DNA of 62,780 nucleotides. Source: an uncultured Gemmatimonas sp. Its GTDB lineage: Bacteria > Gemmatimonadota > Gemmatimonadetes > Gemmatimonadales > Gemmatimonadaceae. The stretch covers positions 1-62,780 of the forward strand of contig CAZPJX010000001.1 in NCBI GenBank assembly GCA_964586985.1. Reading direction: 5' to 3'. Both the position numbers and the translations under genes were made by a program. Positions within the stretch are counted from its first letter, which is position 1, and each line of letters starts with the position of its first letter. Shown here piece by piece: positions 48,067-57,631 of this stretch. Under the pieces are notes generated by a model. That model made no database searches and was not told the origin of the DNA. It saw nothing but the letters and a program-made list of their open reading frames with translations.

Positions 48067-49053
48067 TTAGAGGCCCGGTTGACGCCGCGGCGGCGCTGGC
48101 AGCGTGCCCTTGTTCGCGATCGCCTTGTTGATCGCGTTCACGGTCACCGTGGCTCGATACTCCACAATCTGCCTGGCCAGTTCCGCGTTCTTCTGCCGGT
48201 CGGCTATCGATACGCCATTGATCGTCGCCTTGCCGGCCCTCACGCGCTCGTCGTAGCGCACACTTTGCGGATCATCGATGAACATGTTCAGGGTGATGAT
48301 CGCATCGTCATGCAGGTTGTCCAATGCGCCGTCCACGATACCACGCGTCTTCATATACTCGGCCACACTCGCGTAGTCGTAATACTCCTGCACATGTGCC
48401 ACGACCGGTGCACCCTGCCAGAGCTTCGTGAGCGAATCGGCCACGGCGCGCTGACCACCTTGATTGCCGCCACTGTCACCAATGAGGATGATGTTCTTGA
48501 AGCCATGGACCTTGAGACTGTGGACCAGATCGGTGAGCAGACTGCGGAAGGTGGCCTCGCGCACCGTCATCGTGCCTGGCGAGGTCATGTGTCCCGTCGG
48601 CGGATCGAAGTTGCCCTCAGGCACGAACTTCACGATCGGTGCGCACAAGGCATTCCCGAGCTTGCGGGCAATCGCGTCGCAGTTGGCACGGAGGACGAAG
48701 TTGTGCTTTCCGGTCGCCAGCCACGGCCCGTTGGGTTCCATTCCTCCGGTGGCGATGATCGCCGTCGTCTTGCCGACCTTGAGTGCGTCGCGGATATCCA
48801 TCCACGTCATCTCCTCCAGCCACACCGTATTGGGTGTCGGAATCGGGTTGGGCGTATCCGCGCAGTTGTAGGTGTTCTGGGCGCAGTTGCCACCCCCCAT
48901 GGACCGGGGATCCCGTGCTGCGCCTGCCTGGGCGTGAACGGCGCCCGCCATCACCACAAATGCAGCCGCCGATGCCAGCGCGGTGGTACGATGCAGCCTC
49001 AGGGATGCGGCGAGCGAAGTGGACAGGAATCGCGTAATTGGTGGGTGCGGCAT
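48067..49053 (-). CDS. Creatininase/amidohydrolase family protein, secreted, divergent active site
   Basis: EEMTW, GG.E.NGP.L, PGT and DSGGN; signal peptide ending VHAQ. Confidence 0.8.
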   Translation of the reverse strand: MPHPPITRFLSTSLAASLRLHRTTALASAAAFVVMAGAVHAQAGAARDPRSMGGGNCAQNTYNCADTPNPIPTPNTVWLEEMTWMDIRDALKVGKTTAIIATGGMEPNGPWLATGKHNFVLRANCDAIARKLGNALCAPIVKFVPEGNFDPPTGHMTSPGTMTVREATFRSLLTDLVHSLKVHGFKNIILIGDSGGNQGGQRAVADSLTKLWQGAPVVAHVQEYYDYASVAEYMKTRGIVDGALDNLHDDAIITLNMFIDDPQSVRYDERVRAGKATINGVSIADRQKNAELARQIVEYRATVTVNAINKAIANKGTLPAPPRRQPGL

Positions 49054-49246
49054 GCGGGTCGGACCGGTGAGAGAAAGAGGGCACTTCAGTGGGCGATGGT
49101 GTGTACGAGCCAGTCGCACGACATTGCGTCTTTCCCCGTGGTCGCGCCAGTTTGACGTTTCGGTATTCGTGAAGTTGTTCCCGTTGCGCTCCCTCCTTCC
49201 CGGCGCTGCAATGCTCCCTCCCCTTCCGCCTGGCGCTCGCCTCCCC

Positions 49247-50257
49247 ATGCCCAACCGTTCGCTGGCCCGCACGTTGGCGTGCGCCACCCTGTTCACCGTC
49301 CCCTTTGCAACCCTGCCGCTCCAGTCGCTTAGGGCTCAGACTGGTGGAGGCGCACCCACCGTCGACGTCAAGAAGCTGGCCGAGATTCAGTTGGCCATCA
49401 CGGCCGTCAATGACTCCGCGGACGCCGAACAGGCCCAGGCCAAGAACAAGACGGATGAGTTCCAACAGGAGCTCGCCCTCAAGAAGCGGGCGGTCATCAC
49501 CAACCTGCTCAAGTCCAGGGGACTGTCTGACAGCGCCTATCAACGCCAGCGTTTCATGGTGAGCACGGACAACGGGCTGCGCGCACAGTTCGACAGTCTG
49601 GTTGCCACGATGACGGGGGCCCCCTTGCCCGGTCGGGTCGCAGCACCCGTGGCTCCAGGCTTCGTCGCAGCCAGCGCGCTCCCTCCAGGCATGGTAGGCA
49701 CACATATCGGCCACGTCACCACGAGCTTCGTCGATACGCCAGAAAAAGTGGGATTCCTTCCGCTGGCATTCAGTGAAGCGCAGGTGGCCTCACAGCACGC
49801 CGCGCTGGCCAGCCGGGCTACGACGGATCTCGCCGCCATGAAGCTGCATGCGGGTCATGTCCTCCACGCGGTTGACCCTACCGTCGTCGCCACCGGCCCA
49901 GGGAAGGGATTCGGAGTCAAGCGCGCCTCCCTGGGAGTGGCACAGCATATAGAGCTCGCCGCCAAGGAAACTGGCGCCTCGCCCAACGTGAAGATTCACA
50001 CCACCCATATCGCCACGGCGGCCCGCAGCACGGCGGCGCGGGTCGATCAGGTGGTGGCACTTGCTAGGAAGATCCAGGAAACCAACGACGTCAAGGAGGC
50101 AGCGACGCTCACGCGGCAGCTCGCCTCGCTCGCCTCGCAACTCGCCGCAGGGGCCGACACCAACGCGGATGGCCGGATCGACTGGGGCGGTGGCGAAGGC
50201 GGATTGCAGCAGGTTCAGGAACACATGACGCTCTTGCTGGCCGGAGAAAAGAAGTAG
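49247..50257 (+). CDS. Hypothetical secreted His-rich helical protein
   Basis: Signal peptide, helical repeats with spaced His residues, DTNADGRID loop and a downstream terminator. Confidence 0.7.
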   Translation: MPNRSLARTLACATLFTVPFATLPLQSLRAQTGGGAPTVDVKKLAEIQLAITAVNDSADAEQAQAKNKTDEFQQELALKKRAVITNLLKSRGLSDSAYQRQRFMVSTDNGLRAQFDSLVATMTGAPLPGRVAAPVAPGFVAASALPPGMVGTHIGHVTTSFVDTPEKVGFLPLAFSEAQVASQHAALASRATTDLAAMKLHAGHVLHAVDPTVVATGPGKGFGVKRASLGVAQHIELAAKETGASPNVKIHTTHIATAARSTAARVDQVVALARKIQETNDVKEAATLTRQLASLASQLAAGADTNADGRIDWGGGEGGLQQVQEHMTLLLAGEKK

Positions 50258-50298
50258 CCGTCCGCTCTGAGCGGTCCACGCACCGAATGGAGCAGACA

Positions 50299-50329
50299 AA
50301 GGGGGCCACGGCATTGTCGTGGCCCCCTT
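50299..50329. terminator. Hairpin between convergent genes
   Basis: AAGGGGGCCACG...CGTGGCCCCCTT. Confidence 0.75.
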
Positions 50330-50409
50330 CGTGTATGGGAGTGCGCGGAGTAACCCGCGCACTCCGGTGAAGTCAACCGCTGCGGCCAGCAGGTGCCGCA
50401 ATCAGTTGG

Positions 50410-52422
50410 TCAGCAGGACACGCAGCGATGACTGTTCTTCGCGCCCAGCTTCTCAAGCAGTTGGATCGTTTCCGGGAAAGGACGCAGGCGCTCGACGGGT
50501 CCGTTGGCCATATCGATCGTGGTGCGGAAATCCTTGCTGACCGCCTTCGGATCGGCACCCTTGCTCACGAGATAGTTGATCATCTCGTTGTCCCCACGCG
50601 CCGCGGCATGATGCAGTGGCGTGTACCCGTTGATGTCGCGCTGGTTCACATCGTGGTGCAGCTCTTCCACCAGATACTTCATGACCGACATCCAGCTATC
50701 CGGTGCATGGCGGTGGGAGTTCCCCGCGAAGCCATTGCCATATCCCACACCGGCGGCGGCGTGAATGGGATACACGCCGATCCCCGGTGGTACCGCCTTC
50801 GATGCCGAATCGATGGACGGGTCTGCCGGCGTGGCGGGCGGCCGGCCAAAGCCACCACCACCGCCAGCACGACGGCCCGCCACAGGCGCCTTGTATTGTG
50901 GGATCGTGTCGTTGGCACCGGCTGCCTTGAGCAGCTTCATGGCCTCGAGATCGGTGGCATAGGTCGCACGCCAGAATGCCGTGGTCCCATCGAGCGCCTC
51001 GAGACCGCAGTTCGAGTTGCCACAGTTACTGAACCCGAAGAACCACAGGTTCTTCCGCAGCCGCACATTGACATCCGCACCGGCCTTGATGAGTGCGTCC
51101 ATCAGTTCGAGGTGCGTGGTCTTCTGTGTCTGGATAGCCTGAGGCTGCGGATAGCGGGATTTCGGATGCCACGTGGTGTTGATGGTCGCATACAACGGCG
51201 CCAGTCCGTGAATGCTCTCGATCCGCGGATTCGCACCGTGCTTGATCAAGGCCATCGCCAGATCGAACTGCCCATTGATCGTCGCCATGAGCAACGGACT
51301 GACGCTATCGCTGACCGTCACCTCATTGATGTTGGCTCCGCCATCGATGAGCGCCAGCGCCGCAGCGGTGTTGCCCTGTCGGACGGCATGCAACAGCGCG
51401 GACATGCCACCCAGACTACCGACGGTCGCTTCATAGCCGGCCTGGAAACCGTTGGTCGTATCGGCCGGAATGATCGTCTCTACTTTTCCGTCGACGACTT
51501 GACTGGGATTGTAGACCGTGCGACCCGCAAGAATGGCTTCCTGCACCTGAGCCGGCGTGAGCGTTGTCACGGGCGGCGCCTGGACGCCGACCTTGAATCC
51601 GCCTTTACCGCTGTCGGCCTTCGGTACTGGCAGGCCTCGCATGCGCAGCTGCTCCGCCTGTGACGCGGCGTTCTTCTCGAAGGCCTTGATCACCGAGTCA
51701 CGCACTTCCTTTGGGAGGTAGCTGAACAGGACTTCGTTCCGCTTGCGTGCCGCCGCCTGCTCGCGTGACAACTCCTGCGTCAGGTCGATAGTCTTGGTGC
51801 GGAGCGATGCATCCGCACCGGCGGCCAGCAACGCCGTGACCGCAGCCGGCCGATCGGACGACGCCGCAAACATGAGGGGGGTCTGTCCCCACTCGGGTTC
51901 CGTCGCATTCACATCCGCCTTCCTGGCAATCAGGGCCTTCACCGCCACCACGTCGCCCGATTGCGCCGCAAGGTGCAACGCCGTCACACCGGTTCCGGTA
52001 CGCGCGGCCGGGTCGGCCCCGGCCGCCAACAGCGCCTGCACCACAGCGCCGTTCGCCGCTCGCGCAGCCACATGCAACGGCATATAGCCCCCGTTGCGGG
52101 TCGCCAGCGTGAGCTTGGCTCCGGCCTTGATCAGTGCCTTCGCCATCTCGGCGTCTCCACGCTCGGCTGCCCAGTGCAACGCCGTCATGCCGTCACCAAG
52201 CGGCACGTTCACATCCGCCCGCTCGGCAATGAGTGAGCGCACGGCCGGCAGATCTCCACGTTGCGCCGCCTGCGCCACCGCCGGCGTGGCCACACGGGGC
52301 GAGGAGGAGGACGACACCCGCATCACCGGCTTGGCATCCTGCGCGAGCACCGGAGACACACTCCCCGCCAGCAACACCGCGGCCCCCGTGAGCCGCATCG
52401 ACCACTGTCTGCGCATGTCCAT
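50410..52422 (-). CDS. Large secreted ankyrin-repeat protein
   Basis: Signal peptide, many G.T(A/P)LH.AA...GAD.N repeats and a C-terminal CVSC. ATG at 52422 with GAGGTG RBS. Confidence 0.9.
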   Translation of the reverse strand: MDMRRQWSMRLTGAAVLLAGSVSPVLAQDAKPVMRVSSSSSPRVATPAVAQAAQRGDLPAVRSLIAERADVNVPLGDGMTALHWAAERGDAEMAKALIKAGAKLTLATRNGGYMPLHVAARAANGAVVQALLAAGADPAARTGTGVTALHLAAQSGDVVAVKALIARKADVNATEPEWGQTPLMFAASSDRPAAVTALLAAGADASLRTKTIDLTQELSREQAAARKRNEVLFSYLPKEVRDSVIKAFEKNAASQAEQLRMRGLPVPKADSGKGGFKVGVQAPPVTTLTPAQVQEAILAGRTVYNPSQVVDGKVETIIPADTTNGFQAGYEATVGSLGGMSALLHAVRQGNTAAALALIDGGANINEVTVSDSVSPLLMATINGQFDLAMALIKHGANPRIESIHGLAPLYATINTTWHPKSRYPQPQAIQTQKTTHLELMDALIKAGADVNVRLRKNLWFFGFSNCGNSNCGLEALDGTTAFWRATYATDLEAMKLLKAAGANDTIPQYKAPVAGRRAGGGGGFGRPPATPADPSIDSASKAVPPGIGVYPIHAAAGVGYGNGFAGNSHRHAPDSWMSVMKYLVEELHHDVNQRDINGYTPLHHAAARGDNEMINYLVSKGADPKAVSKDFRTTIDMANGPVERLRPFPETIQLLEKLGAKNSHRCVSC

Positions 52423-52429
52423 CGTCACC

Positions 52430-53824
52430 TCAGGCGTACATCGCGAACGGGGACACGCTATCGCCAAAGCTCGCGGTATCGATACCGTAGTTCTGGAGGA
52501 GCGTCAGGAACACATCAGCCATCGGGGTGCCGTCGGGCGCCTTGAGATGCACGTTGCGCGGCAGACCCGCCTGCTGACCACTCAGCAGGATGAGCGGGCA
52601 GCGACGGTGGTTGTGCACGTTGCCGTCTGCCATCGGCGATCCATAGATGATCGTCGTGTTGTCGAGCAGGGTGTTGTCGCCTTCCTTCGTCTCCTTGAGG
52701 CGCTCAAGGAAATAGGGCAGCATCGACACGTGGTACTTGTTGATCAGGTTGAACTCCATGATCGCCTGCTCCCGACCACCGTGGTGCGACGCGGGATGGA
52801 AACCCTTGTTCGTGCCGCTTTCCACGAACACCCGGCTCGAGGCGTCGCGGCCGGTCTTGAACGAGAAGACGCGCGTCATGTCCGACTGGAAAGCGAGCAC
52901 CTGGATATCGAACATCAGCTTCATGTGCTCCTCGAAGCTATCCGGCACACCCGCCGGCGCTTCCGGAATAAGGCGCTCCTCACCGCTGGTGTTCTTCGAT
53001 TCGATCTTCTCGATGCGACGCTCGAGTTCGCGCACGTTCTCGAGATACCGGTCGACACGACGGCGATCCGCCGCGCCGAGATCACGCTTGAGCGAGTTGA
53101 TCTCGCCGACCACCCAGTCCAGAATGCTGCCGTTGTCCTTCCGCCGAGAGGCACGATCGGCGTTGTTGGCACCCGCGCCAAACAGCATGTCGAATGCCGT
53201 GCGCGGATTCCGGATCATCGGGAGCGGCTCGGTGGGTGATGACCAGCTGATGGTATCGGTGTATGCGCAGGCGTAGTTGTAGAAGCAGCCGCCGGCCTGA
53301 TCGAGGTTCTCGATGCAGAGCTGCATCGACGGCAGCGGAGTGTCCTGCCCAATCTTGCGCGCCACGATCTGATCGAACGACGTACCCACAAACAGATCCG
53401 AGCCCTGGGTCTGCTTCGGATGCGACTGCGTGAGGAAAACGGCGCTCGAACGGAAGTGATCGCCACCGATTTCCGGTGCGTCAAAAGCCTCCGCCATGCG
53501 AACATCCGTATTGCTGACGATCGTCAGGTTGTCACGCCATCCATCCAGGGGGATCAGTGCGCCCTCGGGATTCAGCGAGAACTGACGGCCTACCCCTTCC
53601 GGCGCCCAGAGATACTTGGATGCGCCCCAGGTGTTGCTGCCAGCCACGCCATGCACCGACTCGATACAGACAAGGCGCTTGTGCCCGGCCACCGCTTCAC
53701 CGCCCGACTTCGACAGAAACCGACCCGCTGGCTCCATCGCATCGAGATAGGGAATCGCAACACTGGCGCCCATGCCCTGCAGGAAGGTGCGACGGGGGAG
53801 GGATTTCTTGGTCAGGAATTCCAT
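52430..53824 (-). CDS. DUF1552 domain protein
   Basis: PRRTFLQG.G...A.P.LDAM, S.DQ..A..IG..T..PS, NPR..F..LFG, HP.SHH, LLDNT and GN.H.H. Confidence 0.88.
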   Translation of the reverse strand: MEFLTKKSLPRRTFLQGMGASVAIPYLDAMEPAGRFLSKSGGEAVAGHKRLVCIESVHGVAGSNTWGASKYLWAPEGVGRQFSLNPEGALIPLDGWRDNLTIVSNTDVRMAEAFDAPEIGGDHFRSSAVFLTQSHPKQTQGSDLFVGTSFDQIVARKIGQDTPLPSMQLCIENLDQAGGCFYNYACAYTDTISWSSPTEPLPMIRNPRTAFDMLFGAGANNADRASRRKDNGSILDWVVGEINSLKRDLGAADRRRVDRYLENVRELERRIEKIESKNTSGEERLIPEAPAGVPDSFEEHMKLMFDIQVLAFQSDMTRVFSFKTGRDASSRVFVESGTNKGFHPASHHGGREQAIMEFNLINKYHVSMLPYFLERLKETKEGDNTLLDNTTIIYGSPMADGNVHNHRRCPLILLSGQQAGLPRNVHLKAPDGTPMADVFLTLLQNYGIDTASFGDSVSPFAMYA

Positions 53825-53856
53825 GATATGACTCCTCGAGACGGGTTCGGGTCGGC

Positions 53857-56403
53857 TTAGTGATTCTGGGACGCGTCAGCCGACACGGGCTCGGCGCGCT
53901 TGGAATGGAAGGCTTTACTGTTGACGACGCCCATCACGAACACGGACATGCGGTACCCCTGCTTCGCCGCGTCCCGTTCAATCGCCCGAATGGTCGGCTG
54001 ATCATAATCCTCCACCCGCCGGCCGAGGGCGTAGGCCATGAGGTTCTCGGTGAAGTTGCGCATCAGCGGGATCGGCCGCTTGAGCAGGGCGGCGGTCAGC
54101 TGATTCGGTGAGTTGACGGGAGCGCCATCATACAGCTCACCACGCGTATCCAGCAGCGCACCGTTCTCGCGGAACCGGAGCTTGCCCGTCACGTCGAAAT
54201 TGTCGAGGGCCAGACCGATGGGATCGATGAAGCTGTGGCAGGAATTGCAGGAGGGATTTTCCCGGTGCATTTCCATGCGCTCGCGCGTGGTGAGCGGCTT
54301 GCCTTCCTTGCCAGCAGCGGTCTGCTCCAGATCGGGCACATTGGGCGGCGGCGGCGGCGGCGGCGTGCCCAGCAGCACTTCCATCACCCACTTGCCGCGC
54401 AGCACCGGTGAGGTGCGATTGCCCAGCGACGTCTGCACCAGCACGCTCCCCTGACCCAGCACGCCACGACGGTGTTCATCGTTGTAGGCCACCTTGCGGA
54501 AGTGGGTTCCCACCACGCCAGGGATGCCATAGTGCGTGGCCAGACGCTCATTCACGAAGGTCGAATCCGAAGTGAACACCGTCAACACACTGCGATCCTT
54601 CCGGACCAGGTCCTCGAAGAAGAGCTCCGTTTCGCGCTCCATCGCCTCCGACAGCTGCTGATCGAAATCGGGAAAGAGGAAGGCATCCGGATGCACTTTC
54701 TCGATGTCCTGGAGGCGTAGCCACTGCGAGGCAAAGCGCGTCGAGAGCGCCTCAGCGCGCGGATCTGCCAACATGCGTTTCACTTCGGCATTGAAGACCG
54801 CCGGGGTCGAAAGCCGCTTCTGCCGCGCCAAGGTGAGCAGGCGATCGTCAGGGATGGTGCTCCACAGGAAGAACGAGAGGCGCGTGGCCAGCTCGAGATC
54901 GTTAATGCGGTAGTCCGATCCTGCCGCGGCCGCATCGGGCTCACGCTCGATGCGGAAAATGAAATACGGACTGACCAGCATCGCCTGGAGGCCGAGGCGG
55001 ACCCCTTCTTCGAACTGCTGCTCGCCGACGCTGGCAAAGCCGCGATCGTAGAAGGTCATCAGGGCCTTGCGGTCGCCGTCCGTGAGCGGACGGCGGTACG
55101 CACGGGTTGCCAGGCGTGTGAGAATCGACTCCGCACATGTGCGTTGCGCCGCCGCGCCTTGTGGATGGCAGGTGAAGATCGCCTTGCGGCTGGGCGAATC
55201 CGAAAGTCCCGTGACCTTCGAGGGCCCCATGATGAGGAACTCCATCAGGTAGGCCGGCTCGGTGGTACCGGCCGCGCCCGTTCCGCCCGACGCCCGCGAC
55301 CAGTCGTGCGGTTTGATAAGATCTTCGTACGGTCCATCCGCACGCCGCACAAACGCCACGGACACCTTCCGCTGCCCGCCCTTCACCGCGATGGGCTCAG
55401 TAAGCAGATAGTCCGCGCCTAGCGGAAGGTCGGCCGATTCGCTGTTGCGCGCGACGCCCTTGTCGTAATGCAGGAGCGACACGCGCTCCCCATCGATGGA
55501 CACGTCCACGTCTTCCACGGGCCGTCCCACACCACCGCCCACATTGACGCGGATCTGATAGATGCCATCCGCCGGGAAGGTGTGGGTCACCACCATGCCG
55601 CCACGGGTTCCGTAGGGCGCCCCTTCGACGTAATCCCACGGATGCTGTGACACGAAGGGGGAAATCCGGTAGTTCGCCAAACCCGACGGGGCCTTGCGGT
55701 CGCCGACGGCCATGCGGGTCACCGCCGACGCGGCGTTCAGGAAGCCTTCGAGCAGCGTGGGCGAAAGCGCCTGCGCATCCGAGATGTTGTCGAAGTTCGC
55801 GCTCTTGGTATCAAGCGGCAGCCAGTCGCCGGCATCGATCTCCAGGGCGAACAGGTCACGCACGACATGCTCATATTCGGGGCGGTTCAGACGCTGGAAG
55901 ACGCGGGTCCCCGGATTGACGGGCACCGCGTCGAGGGTGCGTTCCAGCGTTTCCACCAGCGCCAGCAGGGTGTCGCCACCAGGCCGCTTGGATCCCGGAG
56001 GTGGCATCATCTCCGCCCGCAGCTTTCGGATCATCTTCTCGGAGACCGTCACATGCGCCACGGTCGAGTCGAGCGAGAATCCGCGCAACGAGAGATTGCC
56101 GCTGCGGGCCGCACGCGCCGGGTTGTGGCACGAGCCGCAATACCGTTGAACAGTGGAGTCCAACGCGGCCATCTCGATACCGCGGGCCCCGTACTTGGCC
56201 TTGGCCTTCGTGGGATACATCGGCCGCGCCAGTACGGAATGTGTGCCGGCCACCGGAGCCGACACTGGTACCGTCCGCGCGACTGGCCCAGGGTCGCCAC
56301 CACGAGAGGATACCATCGCCAGGGGAGACGTCGCTGGATTCAGCAGCGACGTCACGAGAGTCACGGTGGCGGTAATTCCCGACCACGCGAGTAATACCTT
56401 CAT
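53857..56403 (-). CDS. DUF1592-family multidomain c-type cytochrome (cytochrome c + DUF1587/1595/1592/1588/1585)
   Basis: CGSCH and CNSCH haem motifs; RLNR.EY, LATRLSFFLWS..PD, RRGVL, TSPVLRGKW and DPIG.AL.NFD. ATG at 56403 with GGAG RBS. Confidence 0.9.
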   Translation of the reverse strand: MKVLLAWSGITATVTLVTSLLNPATSPLAMVSSRGGDPGPVARTVPVSAPVAGTHSVLARPMYPTKAKAKYGARGIEMAALDSTVQRYCGSCHNPARAARSGNLSLRGFSLDSTVAHVTVSEKMIRKLRAEMMPPPGSKRPGGDTLLALVETLERTLDAVPVNPGTRVFQRLNRPEYEHVVRDLFALEIDAGDWLPLDTKSANFDNISDAQALSPTLLEGFLNAASAVTRMAVGDRKAPSGLANYRISPFVSQHPWDYVEGAPYGTRGGMVVTHTFPADGIYQIRVNVGGGVGRPVEDVDVSIDGERVSLLHYDKGVARNSESADLPLGADYLLTEPIAVKGGQRKVSVAFVRRADGPYEDLIKPHDWSRASGGTGAAGTTEPAYLMEFLIMGPSKVTGLSDSPSRKAIFTCHPQGAAAQRTCAESILTRLATRAYRRPLTDGDRKALMTFYDRGFASVGEQQFEEGVRLGLQAMLVSPYFIFRIEREPDAAAAGSDYRINDLELATRLSFFLWSTIPDDRLLTLARQKRLSTPAVFNAEVKRMLADPRAEALSTRFASQWLRLQDIEKVHPDAFLFPDFDQQLSEAMERETELFFEDLVRKDRSVLTVFTSDSTFVNERLATHYGIPGVVGTHFRKVAYNDEHRRGVLGQGSVLVQTSLGNRTSPVLRGKWVMEVLLGTPPPPPPPNVPDLEQTAAGKEGKPLTTRERMEMHRENPSCNSCHSFIDPIGLALDNFDVTGKLRFRENGALLDTRGELYDGAPVNSPNQLTAALLKRPIPLMRNFTENLMAYALGRRVEDYDQPTIRAIERDAAKQGYRMSVFVMGVVNSKAFHSKRAEPVSADASQNH

Positions 56404-56665
56404 GCCGGCCACTCCAAACGGGATGGCGCGCAGTCCAGGAGAACTGCGCTAGTCAGTGAGGCATGTCCCAGGCGGATGCGGTCGCATCCGCCGGTTTCAT
56501 CAGCCTTGGCGGGAAGGAGGCCAAAGAGATGTACACCTGTCGTAATCCGAATTAACGCGGAAGCCCCGCGCAGCGCTGTATCCCGCCAGAAACACGACCC
56601 GGCGACACCAGCCCTGGGCGAGGCGCACAATCACTATGTGGGTGTCCTATTCGACGCCGCAAGAC

Positions 56666-57631
56666 TCAATTCGTACCAACGACACTCGGCAGCAAGATGG
56701 CATGCAGCACGTCGTGCACCGGGGTCGCCACGCCGCGCTGCCGCGCCAGGCGAACCACCGCTGCCGTCTGCGCGTCGAACTCGCTGGGGCGTTCCGCAAT
56801 GAGGTCACGCGCCATAGAGGTGTATTCGTTCGGCGGCAAACTATCATAGCGCTTCCAAGTACGCTCCTTGGAATCGGCTGGCCACGCGACACCAGCCGCT
56901 CGTCCCACGGCAATTACCTCATCAAGGGCCTCATCGATCAGCGCACGCGTTTCCGGAACGGATCGTACGGTCCCATACGGTCTGCGCGCCGCCGCACATA
57001 CCACGCCGATGGGCTCGATGAAGAGGAATTTCTGCCACAGGGCAATGGCCATGTTCGCTGGCACGATGGCCTGAACGCCTGCCGCACGGAGTGCCTCGGC
57101 TACCACCGGAATCATTGCCGCCACCGCCCCAGGCGGTGGCGCGTCCGGACGGGCACCGAACTCGAGCACCGGCGTGATCGCCTGATGCCGGATATGTCCA
57201 GGACCAACCTGCGCCGCAATCACCTGGCACAGTCCTTCAAGCACATGTTCAGGCCCCAGGGCGTCTGCCAGGCGAATGCTGGCCTCCACACCGTTCTGCA
57301 GTGGAATCACCATGGTCGACGCACCGATCAGAGGGCGTATGGACGAGGCGATACCGGCCACCTGCGTGGCCTTCACACTGACGAACACCACATCAACAGG
57401 GCCAACCTGCGCCGAATCTTCCGCCACCTGAACATTCGGGAGGTGCAGATCGCCATCAATGCTGTCGAGCCGAAGCCCGTTCCTGATCAGCGCGTCACGC
57501 GTCGCTCCCCGGGCCAGAAACCACACATCGTGCCCGGCAGCGGCAAGGCGCGCCCCGAACACACCGCCCACCGCACCAACCCCAAACACGGCCACGCGCA
57601 GTGAACGCGTGGCCGTGTCCGTTGTACTCAT
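56666..57631 (-). CDS. panE: 2-dehydropantoate 2-reductase
   Basis: G.GAVG, VK, LQNG, W.KF and SM.RD....RPSE. ATG at 57631 overlaps the upstream stop. Confidence 0.9.
   Translation of the reverse strand: MSTTDTATRSLRVAVFGVGAVGGVFGARLAAAGHDVWFLARGATRDALIRNGLRLDSIDGDLHLPNVQVAEDSAQVGPVDVVFVSVKATQVAGIASSIRPLIGASTMVIPLQNGVEASIRLADALGPEHVLEGLCQVIAAQVGPGHIRHQAITPVLEFGARPDAPPPGAVAAMIPVVAEALRAAGVQAIVPANMAIALWQKFLFIEPIGVVCAAARRPYGTVRSVPETRALIDEALDEVIAVGRAAGVAWPADSKERTWKRYDSLPPNEYTSMARDLIAERPSEFDAQTAAVVRLARQRGVATPVHDVLHAILLPSVVGTN

Noticed and set aside
56460-56505. CTGATGA followed by a stem on the minus strand, resembling a hammerhead ribozyme core or fluoride riboswitch tail
   Set aside because: The required GAAA after stem II is absent (GACA instead), I found no closing stems I/III, and the 5' fluoride riboswitch motif is missing.
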